DNA of 34,273 bases from contig JAUCBJ010005371.1 in assembly GCA_032718475.1 (NCBI GenBank), forward strand, positions 1 through 34,273, read 5' to 3'. Below the pieces are notes generated by a model. It worked only from the letters and a program-made list of their open reading frames with translations, searched no databases and had not been told where the DNA came from. Within the stretch, counting starts at the first letter, position 1, and each line of letters opens with the position of its first letter. Made by a program: the position numbers and the translations under genes. This DNA is from Nemertoderma westbladi (Eukaryota; Animalia; Xenacoelomorpha). This document shows, piece by piece, positions 1-10,235 of this stretch.

Positions 1-501
1 CTCCAGGCACCTGAAGACTTTAAGTTCTTTCGAGCCACAGTGGAAAGTGTATTTTTATACCGGGGTGAGACCTGGACACTGACTAAATCACTTGAACAAC
101 GAATTGATGGTTGCTACACAAGACTACTGAGGGCAGCCCTAAATTATATTATTATTTTATATATACTAAACATCAGCTGGAGACAGCACATGACAAACGC
201 CAAGCTTTATGGCACAATACCGCCTGTATCAACCACCCTCAGTGAACGCAGATTAAGATTGAGTGGGCACTGCTGGCGAAGTAAAGACGAGGTCATACCA
301 GATCTACTTCTCTGGCAACCAACTCATGGAAAGCGTAGTCGTGGACGACCTGCCATAACATATATATATATCAACTTGAAAGGGATACTGAACTTGGGAG
401 AAACGAAATTGCGACAACTATGGAGTATCGGGAAGCCTGGAAGGATCTCATTTCCACTGTCCGAGTTCGCTCGACCTAGTACAGTAGTAGTAGTAGTAGT
501 A
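1..501 (+). mobile_element. 3' fragment of an RTE-clade LINE (post-RT region of ORF2) with (GTA)n tail
   Basis: Translation VESVFLY.GETWTLTKSLEQRIDGCYTRLLRAALN...NISWRQHMTNAKLYG...RRLRLSGHCWR...LLLWQP.HGKRSRGRP is the typical RTE C-terminus. It has a short AT-rich insertion near 144-170 and ends in a GTA repeat at ~484-501. Confidence 0.9.
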
Positions 502-881
502 ATTTCAATTTTCCCCGGTATAAATAGTAAAATAAAATATTTTTTATGGAAATTCATAAATTTATTACATGTGTTGAGAGAGGATCTACTGTATGTACAG
601 TACTGTATAAACGGTTTGCATGTAATGTGAGCAAAATCCTTACACACACCCAAAAGTTATTGCAACTTTAGTGTCTCAAGGGCGTACAACAATACGGAAC
701 TCTATTCCAATCTTAAATATCCAATTTTTGTTTATGTAGTTAGGCGGCTCCCTAGTTCCGTAACCATTGAGGGCCATTTCTCCATAGCACCGAATTCAAT
801 AACTGATAGTATGTGAGAGAATCACATACTATCACTTATGGAATTCGGTGTAACGAATAAATTGGCTGGATTATCTCTCGT

Positions 882-1675
882 AGGGATCGTGGCAGGACAA
901 TTGCCCTCCCAGACAATTGCCCCCAGAGGACAATTAGGACTACCCCCTGGACAATTAATCCCCATTGACACTTACCCACCAAACAATACCTGGAGATTGC
1001 CTCCAATCAAAATTACGAAATAAATAAGGTCGCTCCGAACTAGCAAGATAGTCAAGTTCCTAACTAACTTGTTACAACTTCAAAAAATTTCATCCAGTCC
1101 ATTCCAGTCCATTTTATATTTAAAAAAATTAATGTTTGCTTATTTATGTACCGGTACTCATTAATTCCGACATTTTCCAACTTAAATATTGCATTATGTT
1201 ATAAAAAAAAAAGCTATAGCTAGCATAAGGTCAAAAAAATTGTTCTGCAGAAAAATCGTGGATAATTTGAGAAATACATTAAAATTTAAAGTTTAGAAGT
1301 GGTGATCAAATCAAATTATTCTAGGAAATCTTGGATATTTTAAAAAAATCATAAAAATTTGATGATCAAGGTTAATTATAGGCGTATTATAACTTGAATT
1401 TCATAAAACCACAGGAAATTATTTAAATTATTTCAAGATTTAATAAATATATTCTGTAAATGAGATATCGGGGGACAATTGTCCTGAGGTTAATTGTCCG
1501 GTGAGCAATTGTCCGGGGGACAATTGCCCGGGGGGACAATTGTCCGGGGGGCAATTGTCCGTGGGGCAATTGTCCGGGGGGCAATTGTCCGGGGGGCAAT
1601 TGCCCGGGGGGACAATTGTCCGGGGGGCAATTGTCCGTGGGGCAATTGTCCGGGGGGCAATTGTCCTAGTTCCCG
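882..1675. mobile_element. Putative foldback/MITE-like element whose ends are inverted arrays of the 15-bp unit
   Basis: Degenerate C-rich copies (GGACAATTGCCC) at ~894-980 are the reverse orientation of the array at 1469-1666. An AT-rich spacer lies between them. Confidence 0.5.
1469..1666. repeat. 15-bp G-rich tandem array (consensus GGGGGRCAATTGTCC), ~13 copies
   Basis: Directly visible. The unit contains the palindrome GGACAATTGTCC. It explains the spurious periodic ORFs at 1440-1734. Confidence 0.95.
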
Positions 1676-2635
1676 TAGTGATATATCGGAATGCCACTAA
1701 AAAACATCAACAAATATACATCCACTCTCGCTGACAACATGTACAGCTATCCAATAGGCCTTTTTAGAATTAGAAGTATCACTGAAACAATGTATATCTC
1801 CAACTGGGCATTGGACAAACGTGTAGGGCCTACAATCACTGTCTGATACATAAAGTCCTAAACGTACTTACAGCGGCTGTGTCTCTTTCAACCGAGTCCG
1901 GATTGTTTTCTCCAAGGCACTCAACAACTAAAACAGCTGCCAGGAGTAGAGACGTTAACAGGAGTAGAGACGACATTGCCTTTAACATTGTAGAGTTACA
2001 GTAAACAATTTATTCTTCACGAAGGAAAATACAAACTTCTGTGATTGAATTTAGGGTAAACTCTACCTTCTGTATTATACAGTACAGTATATATTTATAC
2101 AAAGTAATACATGTGCATTAAAGCAAGTGTACACGTGGCAACGTTTTTGTTCGACAACCTGAGTTTTTCACCAAGTTGGTGAGAAATTTGCCACGTAACG
2201 GCCTTTAGTAACGGGTATTACATCATACAGTATTGGATGCAAAGTAGCGCAATGTTAATAAAAGGAACAGTATACTGTATGAATAAATGATTGGTGTTTA
2301 TGAAGAAAAGAAACGAGACTGATAGGACAGTACGTTCTTTCCTAATATAAAATGTGCCAGCCGTCACATAATCCACGGATGGTGACTTTGGCGTACCGGT
2401 ACAAGAAAGTGGAATCAATATATATGAATAAATAGTTGAAATACCTACTTCATGTAGTAATGCTGTAGACAGCACAATGTAGGGCAAGGCAATATATGAG
2501 GAGAAGTGATCGGTGACGAAACAACGGCTGCAAAGCACAGGATCCTCAGTTGGCTGTTACCTATCTATAAGGGAGGGGTTTGTATAGGCACTAATGTCTA
2601 ATTGGGACACAACAATCAGAAGCAAAATTTCTACA

Positions 2636-2717
2636 GCCTTTACTCGGATTCGAACCCGCTCCGCCAAACATTATTGTGAAAGCAGTTCAGGCGCTGTAAC
2701 CTCTCGGACACTGCGGC
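2636..2717 (-). mobile_element. tRNA-derived SINE head or tRNA pseudogene (Ser/Leu-type length)
   Basis: Minus strand GCCGCAG-TGTCCGAGAGGTT (A box) ... GGGTTCGAATCC (B box, 2646-2657), 82 nt. The acceptor and T stems pair poorly, so this is not a functional tRNA. Confidence 0.7.
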
Positions 2718-3156
2718 ATTTTGCATTGCATGTTGACTAATAAATCATAATGGATAGTGGGGTTTATATAAATCCGTCTAGACATAGACGGATAAATGAA
2801 GCCAATAGATTTAAGGAATTAAATAATAAAATACAAATTTAATATTTAATTTGAACGATCATGACCTAACTACCTAATATTTATATACAGTAGATACGAC
2901 ACGCCAAGCTGGGGTGATTCTAAATTAGGAAAACACTAGTAAAACTGTAAAACACTAGGAAAAGGAAAACATAGGAAAAGTACTGTAAAACACCCGACAA
3001 ACAGCGAAAATATTGATCAGAAGAAAATTTAACACAAGTACTTCTCTGAATTGACAATCCTAAATGTACTCCTCGCATAGCACACCTTAAGTAATCACCG
3101 TAAAACATAGGGAAAACAATATAAACCTTCCGGAAAACAGTGAAAAAATTGATCAG

Positions 3157-3479
3157 TGTATGGAGGTCACGACTAACTGTGGAGCCGGAATAATGTCGGG
3201 CGTATAATATACAGGTAGTGGACCACACAAGTACAAACAACAACAATGCTGTGCTGGGCCGTCTGTCTGGCAGTGCGCCCTATGGCTGGAGACCTAACTA
3301 CTACAGCAGTACTGTACTACTGGACTAGCTAAATGCTGTCTATCGGTCGGTGGTATCCTGAGTCTGTGTCAGGGCGTAGTCTCTGAATCCTGGTGAGTCA
3401 TCCCTACAGTACTGCAGTCCCTGAGTATCTGCTGGCATATGGGGCGAGCCATGTAGTGTGGCGAGTTTGTATCACTACA
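3157..3479 (-). repeat. 3' LTR of the Gypsy element (323 bp)
   Basis: TGTATGGAGG...ATCACTACA. Direct repeat of 8043-8373; by eye it differs by 2 substitutions and one 8-bp indel. Confidence 0.97.
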
Positions 3480-3490
3480 CCCCCCTTCTA
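3480..3490 (-). other. Polypurine tract
   Basis: Minus strand AGAAG followed by a G run, directly abutting the 3' LTR. Confidence 0.9.
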
Positions 3491-3514
3491 GTTCGTTGCG
3501 GGGTCAACGAACTC

Positions 3515-6500
3515 TCAGAATCTGTTGGGGGGACGCCTCACGCGGGAGGGGTAGGCTCTACGAGGCCGATCGGGTTGTTGAGTGGGGGGAGTGTCAGCCC
3601 AGTGTATGCGCTTCGGTGGCGTTGCAGGTGATCTTGGGCCGTTGTCCCTCGGTATCCCGATGGCTGTTGGTGTGAGTGGGGTGCACTCTCGTGTGCCGGT
3701 AGCGGCGGTGTCCCGGATGAGGTGGCGGCGGTTCCGGGTGAGGCATCGACCGGAAGGAGTACGTACGGTGTACTTCCGGTTGGGTCTTGTTTCCGTGACA
3801 ATCCCAGTGCGGTCCCATCGCTTCGAGACTGGGTTTTGAATTCGGACCGGGTCCCCTACAGCGAATGGAATAAGGGGTTTGGCTCCGCGATTGTAGGCAG
3901 CCATCTGGGTGCCGTGGAGCGAGGGCAGTGCCTCGTCGAGCTCCGCGCGGGTCAGTTGGTGTTCCCGGAGGAAAGCGCGGCTGTGCATTGGCACTCGCGA
4001 CCGTATGGGGTGCCCAAAGAGAATCTGGGCCGGCGACATTCCATGGGCGCGGGGGGAATTTCTGAGTTCTAGGAGTCCTTCCTGGAAAGCATCTGAGTTC
4101 ATTTTCCCCCCGGTCTTGGTGAGCAACGCCTTGAGTGCCTTCACGGCAGACTCCGCGTGGCCATTGCTCTGGGGATATTCGGGAGACAATACGACGGGAT
4201 CGACCCCCCAGACCTGGAGGAAGTCGGTAAAATTCTTTCCAGCGAATTGTGGACCACCGTCGGAAGCGAAACGTAAGGGGGCGCCAAAACGCGTAAATAC
4301 GTCCCTCGCATGCGTAGCGGTAGAAGCAGAGGTTGGGGGATTCCTGTATTTGTAGACTTCGGGCCAACCGGAGTAACGATCCGCGATGGCGAGGAAATTG
4401 TGACCGTCGAGTGCGAAGAGATCTCCGGAGATTTCCTCGAATGGTCTTGTGGCCTCGCGCTCCCGTAGCATGGGTTCCTTCGCGAGGCTGGGGCGTCGAG
4501 TGAGGCAGGGCTCACAGGACTCGACGGTGGTCCGAACGTCGTTTGTCAGTCCGGGCCAGTACACTGTCTGGCGGGCGCGACGTAGCGTCTTCTCGACTCC
4601 TTGGTGTGCGGCGTGGAGGCGCGCTAGAGTGTCCCGGCGGGAGGCCCGCGGGACTACAATCCGTTGTCCGTAGAGGACGAGGTCGCGGTTGGATGAAAGT
4701 TCATCACGTAACGACCAAAAGGGTTGGACACCAGGGAGTTGGCGGGACGGCGGCGGGAATCCGGTGCGAACGGCGCCGAGGAGGTCGACGTAATCGGAGT
4801 CGGCCCGAGCCGTTGCAGCCAAAGATTGGAGGAGTAGATCGGGGTGGTCGTCATCCGGATCGAGTTCGTCCCCCACAATTGTTGCAGCCACCTGTGACGT
4901 TACAGTACATAGGTAGTGGCCCATGTCTCCGTCGTCAACAAGATCATCGTCGGATGGGTCGTCGACAGGGGAGCGGGACAGAGCATCGGGAATGCGGTGA
5001 TCCTTTCCTCTCCTCCAGATGGTAGTAAATACAAAGGAGGAGAGTTTCGACTTGAGTCGCTGGATCCATGAGTTGTCGTTGGCATCCAGCGTCTGGCGGT
5101 CGAGGATGGACACCAGGGGCTGGTGGTCTACCACCAGCGTGAAATGTGGGAGTCCCACGAGGTAGAGACGGCACTTGTGGGCGGCCCACGCAACAGTGAG
5201 GAGCTCCAGCTCCACCATCGCATAGCGCGACTCGGTTTCCGAAATAAACTGTGAACCGCATTCTACCAACCTCCAGTCGGTCCCGTGCAGCTGAAGTAGC
5301 GCGTATCCCAACCCGTTCTTCCTTGAGGCGTCAGTCTCGAGCTTAGTGTCGAGCTCCGGATCGAAGGAAGCGAGGATGGGTGGGGAGACGAGTGTGCGTT
5401 TGGTCGCCTCGAATGCCGCCTCGTGGTCAGAGTTCCATTCGTATGGATTCCTGGAACGGAGGAGGGGGCGCAGGGGGGACATCGTAGCCGAGATGTCTGT
5501 CGAAAATGGGGTGAGTTGCTCGACCAACCCAACAAAGCTCCTCAAGTCTGTAATGTTGGTTGGTCGAGGGAAATCCATTACGGCGCGGACCTTGGATGGG
5601 TCTGCCTGGATGCCGTCGGCCCCGGCAATGTAGCCTGCAAACTTAACTTTGGGTTGGGCGAGTTGTATTTTGTCAGGGTTGAGTGAGATGCCGGCTGTAC
5701 TACGGCATCGTGTGAGGAACCGTCGGACACTGGCGATGTGGTCGTCCAGGTTGTCGTCGTATAGAAGGACGTCGTCGATGACTTTCACCATACCGGGAAG
5801 TCCACGCAATGCGTCGTCGCCCCGGCGATTGAATTCGTCCCCACTCGATATGAGTCCCATTACGCCCCTCCTATACTTATACCGTCCCCAGGGGGTTACA
5901 AAAGTGGTGAGGAGTTGGGATGCTGGGTCGAGGGGGACCTGCCAATAGCCGGCGGCGGCGTCAAATACCGAGAATATCTTAGCGGTCGTGGATATCCCGG
6001 TAACCGCCACCCGCGGGCTCGGGGTGGGGTAATACGGCCGCTTAACCTGGTCGTTCAGGTGGCGGAGGTCGACGCAAACCCGGAGTTTCCCATTGGGTTT
6101 GCGAGCGACAGTGAGCGGGTGGGCCCAGTCAGTAGGTTCGGTGACCCGCTCGATGACTTCCCGTCGTTCCATCTCGTCCAGGTGGGCGCGCACCTCGTCC
6201 CGTAGCGCAAATGGTATGGGCCTCGCGCCGTTTGCGTGGAACGGGGTGGCGCCTTCCTTCAACTCAACGTGCATCGGCTCGCCGGCCATCGTACCGAGCG
6301 GTCGATCCGTGTCGTCGAATACATCGGCGAATTCGTTGAGGAGGTTCGCGCGTAAATGTGCCGTAGGATCGGTTACAGATGCTACAGAGGCGATGGGATG
6401 AGGGAAGTTGGGGTGGAGGAGTTTGAGATCGACGAGTGACTGGAAGGAGAGGATGAGTCCGTCGACTTCCGGGGAGACGCCAATGTTCACGATCGCCGAG

Positions 6501-6883
6501 TTTCCTGCGAAGAAAACTCGGGCAGCAAAAACTCCCATTATCTCCAGTGGAAGGTCGTTGGCGGCGCGTAGATCCGCAGTGGGGTGAGGAGTAAGGTCCT
6601 GGTTGCAGCCGCCCATCCGGTAGAAAATCTCCTGGCTTAGCACGGTGGCTGCAGCGCCGCTATCCGCGAGGACATTGCGTATGATTCCGCATACGTCATC
6701 ATCGTCCACGCCGCGCACCTCGACCTCGATGCGGGGGAGGTCGCAGGCGAATGTTATTGAGTTTATCGGTCCGCCGCCCGTGATCGTGTTCACTCTCGAG
6801 GCTGGTTTACCCGTTCCTTTGCCGCCCCTGGAACTGGGTTTATGTACCGAGTCGGAACGACAGATTGCTTGGAGGTGGCCCAC
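3515..6883 (-). CDS. pol: Gypsy Pol: aspartic protease, reverse transcriptase, RNase H, integrase
   Basis: [12 protein letters not shown]; [25 protein letters not shown]; RNase H ETDAS...YAMVELE...VDHQPL; [32 protein letters not shown]; C-terminal RNRRHL. It is translated as a Gag fusion rather than from the GTG. Confidence 0.96.
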   Translation of the reverse strand: MGHLQAICRSDSVHKPSSRGGKGTGKPASRVNTITGGGPINSITFACDLPRIEVEVRGVDDDDVCGIIRNVLADSGAAATVLSQEIFYRMGGCNQDLTPHPTADLRAANDLPLEIMGVFAARVFFAGNSAIVNIGVSPEVDGLILSFQSLVDLKLLHPNFPHPIASVASVTDPTAHLRANLLNEFADVFDDTDRPLGTMAGEPMHVELKEGATPFHANGARPIPFALRDEVRAHLDEMERREVIERVTEPTDWAHPLTVARKPNGKLRVCVDLRHLNDQVKRPYYPTPSPRVAVTGISTTAKIFSVFDAAAGYWQVPLDPASQLLTTFVTPWGRYKYRRGVMGLISSGDEFNRRGDDALRGLPGMVKVIDDVLLYDDNLDDHIASVRRFLTRCRSTAGISLNPDKIQLAQPKVKFAGYIAGADGIQADPSKVRAVMDFPRPTNITDLRSFVGLVEQLTPFSTDISATMSPLRPLLRSRNPYEWNSDHEAAFEATKRTLVSPPILASFDPELDTKLETDASRKNGLGYALLQLHGTDWRLVECGSQFISETESRYAMVELELLTVAWAAHKCRLYLVGLPHFTLVVDHQPLVSILDRQTLDANDNSWIQRLKSKLSSFVFTTIWRRGKDHRIPDALSRSPVDDPSDDDLVDDGDMGHYLCTVTSQVAATIVGDELDPDDDHPDLLLQSLAATARADSDYVDLLGAVRTGFPPPSRQLPGVQPFWSLRDELSSNRDLVLYGQRIVVPRASRRDTLARLHAAHQGVEKTLRRARQTVYWPGLTNDVRTTVESCEPCLTRRPSLAKEPMLREREATRPFEEISGDLFALDGHNFLAIADRYSGWPEVYKYRNPPTSASTATHARDVFTRFGAPLRFASDGGPQFAGKNFTDFLQVWGVDPVVLSPEYPQSNGHAESAVKALKALLTKTGGKMNSDAFQEGLLELRNSPRAHGMSPAQILFGHPIRSRVPMHSRAFLREHQLTRAELDEALPSLHGTQMAAYNRGAKPLIPFAVGDPVRIQNPVSKRWDRTGIVTETRPNRKYTVRTPSGRCLTRNRRHLIRDTAATGTRECTPLTPTAIGIPRDNGPRSPATPPKRIHWADTPPTQQPDRPRRAYPSRVRRPPNRF

Positions 6884-7926
6884 TTTCCACAGTTATGGCA
6901 TTTCGTGTCTTTGGCGGGGCAGTTACTCTTTCCCGGAGGGTGACTGCACCCACAGTTTCGGCATACTCCGGAGGCATTAGATGCGTGTTGGGGCGGAGGT
7001 GGGGTTTGCCGGGAGGTCGAACGCCCACGTTTGTACGACGACGTGAGTTTCGTAACCGGGGTCCCACGCCCGATTATTGAGTCATTACGCTCGCTCGCCT
7101 CCATCGATTGGCAGATGCGTACGCAATCCTCGAGGGAAGGTTGTGGAAGAACCTTGAGGAGTTCGGTGCGGGTCTCCGACGAACGGATGCTGACCAGGAT
7201 CTGCGTCACGATCTGTCGATTCCGACAGTGTTCGCAAAGTTCCACGGCGTCGCCGAGTTCCTCCAGGGCGATCCGGAACGAGTCGAAGTTTTCGTTCGGG
7301 CCCTGTCTCCGGTCGTGGAACTTTATTCCATCGATGGCGATACTGCGCTTTGACCGGAGGTGCGCCTGGAGGGCGTCGAGAACCGTCTCCACGGTGGTTG
7401 CGTCGTCGTCGATGTTGACGTTGAGCGTCACGGTGAGAGTTTGTTGTAGGTCTCGACCAATTGCGGATATTAGCGAATAAACCTGTTCGTCGCGTGGGAA
7501 TGTGGATGCTTGTTGGCGGTGTGCGTGGACTCGCCAGGCCTCTCGCCACCGACGGAACGAGGTGAAGTCGACATCGCTATCGATTTTCTCGAGATCGCGG
7601 ATATCGATAACGCGGCGTTGTGGTTGACGTGTCGGTGCGGGTTGTATCGGACTGGCCCCGCCGGGATTGGTCACACCCGCGCCCGATTGGAGTGCGCCCA
7701 TCAGTTGCGCGATCTGTGCATTGGCCTCGGCGCGCTCGCGTGCTGCACTGTCCTGCTGGTGTATCAGCATTTGAGTTAGTTTATCGAGGCGAGCGTCTGC
7801 GGCCGCCTCGCGTTGAGTGGCGTCAATGTCGCGTTTTGCCAACTCTTGACGCAAGTGGTTGAGAACGTCGATGGCGGGTTCAGTGTCGTCCGAGCCCTGT
7901 TCGGAGGGAGTTCTGTGGTCGGCCAT
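6790..7926 (-). CDS. gag: Gypsy Gag (coiled-coil N-terminus, capsid region, CCHC zinc knuckles)
   Basis: ATG ~100 nt after the [18 protein letters not shown] capsid motif, CRNCGCSH..C knuckle, and a second knuckle CHNCGK split by a frame change into the pol frame. Confidence 0.93.
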   Translation of the reverse strand: MADHRTPSEQGSDDTEPAIDVLNHLRQELAKRDIDATQREAAADARLDKLTQMLIHQQDSAARERAEANAQIAQLMGALQSGAGVTNPGGASPIQPAPTRQPQRRVIDIRDLEKIDSDVDFTSFRRWREAWRVHAHRQQASTFPRDEQVYSLISAIGRDLQQTLTVTLNVNIDDDATTVETVLDALQAHLRSKRSIAIDGIKFHDRRQGPNENFDSFRIALEELGDAVELCEHCRNRQIVTQILVSIRSSETRTELLKVLPQPSLEDCVRICQSMEASERNDSIIGRGTPVTKLTSSYKRGRSTSRQTPPPPQHASNASGVCRNCGCSHPPGKSNCPAKDTKCHNCGKWATSKQSVVPTRYINPVPGAAKERVNQPRE

Positions 7927-8030
7927 CAGTTCGCTTCTGCGTTACTCGGGGTTTGGGGTTATGCAGACAGGAGTACCGGTAGGTCCGTAGGTTTAGGATT
8001 GCGTGGTGGTTTCAGTTCACCAACACAAAC

Positions 8031-8042
8031 ACAACTGCGCCA
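8031..8042 (-). other. Primer binding site, probably tRNA-Ser
   Basis: Minus strand TGGCGCAGTTGT immediately after the 5' LTR, complementary to a tRNA 3' end ...ACTGCGCCA. Confidence 0.8.
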
Positions 8043-8373
8043 TGTATGGAGGTCACGACTAACTGTGGAGCCGGAATAATGTCGGGCGTATAATATACAG
8101 GTAGTGGACCACACAAGTACAAACAACAACAATGCTGTGCTGGGCCGCCTGTCTGGCAGTGCGCCCTATGGCTGGAGACCTAACTACTACAGCAGTACTG
8201 TACTACTGGACTAGCTAACTGCTGTCTATCGGTCGGTGGTATCCTGAGTCTGTGTCAGGGCGTAGTCTCTGAATCCTGGTGAGTCATCCCTACAGTCAGA
8301 CAGTACTGCAGTCCCTGAGTATCTGCTGGCATATGGGGCGAGCCATGTAGTGTGGCGAGTTTGTATCACTACA
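8043..8373 (-). repeat. 5' LTR of the Gypsy element (331 bp)
   Basis: Near-identical direct repeat of 3157-3479, with an extra CAGACAGT. Confidence 0.97.
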
Positions 8374-8911
8374 ATCAGCATTAAATTTTACCAATATGCA
8401 GCAAAAAAATAAATTTAAGGTGTCTAATACTGCCCAAAAATCTTGTTGCCAGGCAACCAAAGTACCATAACCAATCAGCATACAGTAAGCAGTATCAGTA
8501 ATATCCTTGTTTAACGGTCAGTCTGGTAGAGGCACAGAGTGCCGGTATTGCTATATTCTGGTAGGCCTATTACCTGATTACAGTATTAGTGCTGTAGTTT
8601 ATTCCAGTATTGCAGTATTGTTAGGGTTAGTTAAAGCAAACTGTAAATATTCCTATATTTCCTGTAGTACTAGTACCGGTAGGCCTATTACAGTATTAAG
8701 ACAGCACGGTTAAAGACTGCAGAGATACCGGTAGCTGATATAACCTAACTGCCTAAGCTAAGATTTTATTATAGGAAGACCGAAAATAACTTATCTTTTA
8801 TTGGCGCAATTGTAGGACTAATCCCATCACATGCGTACTTTTTAACCGGGTAGTGTACAAATTTAGGAATCGCATAATTTTTCTTGAAATTAATATCTCA
8901 TATCTCTCCCA

Positions 8912-8954
8912 ACCACGTACGCGTTTCGACCTTACTGGGTCTCATCAGCGTGGT
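8912..8954 (-). ncRNA. Minimal type I hammerhead ribozyme
   Basis: Minus strand ACCACG-CTGATGA-GACC(CAGTAA)GGTC-GAAA-CGCG-TA|CGTGGT. The catalytic core is complete, with 6-bp stem I, 4-bp stem II, a very short palindromic stem III (ACGCGT) and a GUA cleavage triplet. Predicted cut between 8918 and 8917. Confidence 0.88.
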
Positions 8955-9017
8955 GTCGGATTCGAACCTGGGACCTCGAGGTGGAAGCCGAGACTACAAC
9001 CACTAGGCCACAGGTTC
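8955..9017 (-). promoter_or_regulatory. tRNA-derived internal Pol III promoter fused directly upstream of the hammerhead
   Basis: A box TGGCCTAGTGG (9000-9010), anticodon-like loop CTTCCAC (Gly-TCC-like), and B box GGTTCGAATCC (8958-8968) at tRNA spacing. Confidence 0.82.
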
Positions 9018-9079
9018 TTGAGATATGGAGTATTAATTTCAAAGCCAGCTGCCATTTTATTAGCACCTGATTTTTGATT

Positions 9080-9217
9080 ATTGATAGTAACAATGTGTTG
9101 GCAAGCTGTATTTTTCTTATCATTCGAGGTAAAGACCCCTAGATCCCTTCCTATAATAAATGTATAATAAGAAACACCTCGAAAAATACAGCTTGCCAAC
9201 ACATTGTTACTATCAAT
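9080..9217. repeat. Perfect 37-bp inverted repeat with 64-bp spacer
   Basis: ATTGATAGTAACAATGTGTTGGCAAGCTGTATTTTTC (9080-9116) is the exact reverse complement of 9181-9217. Confidence 0.95.
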
Positions 9218-9561
9218 CGCCTATTCTAAGCATAACGAAACAGCAGTACCGGTACTGTGCGCCTCTACCAACAGACTGGTAAAACAAGGATAGTACTGAT
9301 ACTGCACTGTAGGCGTATGCTGAATAGTTACAGTTCTTTGGTCGCATGGCAACAAGCTTTCTGGGCTGAAATTTCTAGGCTTTCCGAGCTTTCTGGGTTT
9401 TTTTTTATTTTTTGCAGCATGTAGGTCTAGCATACAGGTCTAGGCCTACCTCCGCAGAAGTTTGACCGGTACTGCTGTACTGCAGTAGGCAATACAGCAA
9501 TACAGAAATATCAGAATTCAGAATATCCCTGTATCCAGCCTAAGTTGAGTCAGTTTTGGCT

Positions 9562-10233
9562 ATGGCCCTCAATGGCTCTGGTTCTGGAGCTGTATCTATG
9601 GGTACGTCACCGAAATCTAACAGTACTGTGAAATCAAAGAGGCAATCGCGAGAGAATCGCCAGTCGGTTGTGGATGAGTCGTTGGATACTGTTGAGGGGG
9701 TTTTGTCTCTCTCCCAGGCGCAGCGTAACAACTTAACTAAACCTCAATTGAAGTCGGCGTTGAACCTCGTGTTGAACTCTACCAGTACTGGCGGGTTAAG
9801 CGTGAGCGGAACCGAGGATGAGTCAGAAGTGGCTATCGACACGTCAGTTGGAAAACAAATTCTGTTGGAATTACGCGAGATTCGACAGCAGCTGCAAATA
9901 GAAAAGCATCACGTCGCCGAGTTGACGGGAAGGATAGATACAGCATTTAGGATCATAAATAAACAACAGCAGTTTATTGAGGAGATTGACAGTAAGGAAC
10001 GAGGGAGGAATTTAATCATTACGGGTTTAGAAGAAACCATGGATGATTGTGCAGCGGTGGATAACTTAATGATGGCGTTGAAATTGGACGAAATACGAGG
10101 TACCATCCCAAATTGGGACATCAAGAGGTTAGGGAAAAACGATGCAAACGCTGGTGGCACCAGTACTGCCGGTAGAAACAATGCAAGAGGGCCGAATAAA
10201 CGCACCCGCCCATTGTTGGTTTTGTTACGCTAA
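9562..10233 (+). pseudogene. LINE ORF1 (coiled coil plus start of RRM-like domain), C-terminally truncated
   Basis: Heptad-rich segment followed by EEIDSKERGRNLIITGLEE...IKRLGK...RTRPLLVLL, typical of LINE ORF1p. It stops at a deletion junction. Confidence 0.8.
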
Positions 10234-10235
10234 AT

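Larger units (their letters stand above)
3157..8373 (-). mobile_element. Full-length Ty3/Gypsy LTR retrotransposon (Mag-like)
   Basis: Two TG..CA LTRs, 5-bp TSD ATCAG (3152-3156 and 8374-8378), PBS, PPT, gag and PR-RT-RH-IN pol order. Confidence 0.97.

Noticed and set aside
1440-1734. Periodic ORFs (PPDNC, GGQLS, GAIVR repeats) and a CRISPR-like look
   Set aside because: They are translations of a 15-bp tandem repeat; there are no unique spacers and no cas genes.
2490-2555. Possible second hammerhead (GACGAAAC on plus, CTGAGGA on minus)
   Set aside because: The two core halves are on opposite strands and stems I/II do not form.
3538-8079. Many overlapping alternative-frame and antisense ORFs
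   Set aside because: Expected shadows of GC-rich gag/pol; no motifs.
8955-9017. Functional tRNA-Gly gene
   Set aside because: No acceptor stem (the 3' strand is replaced by hammerhead stem I) and a defective T stem.
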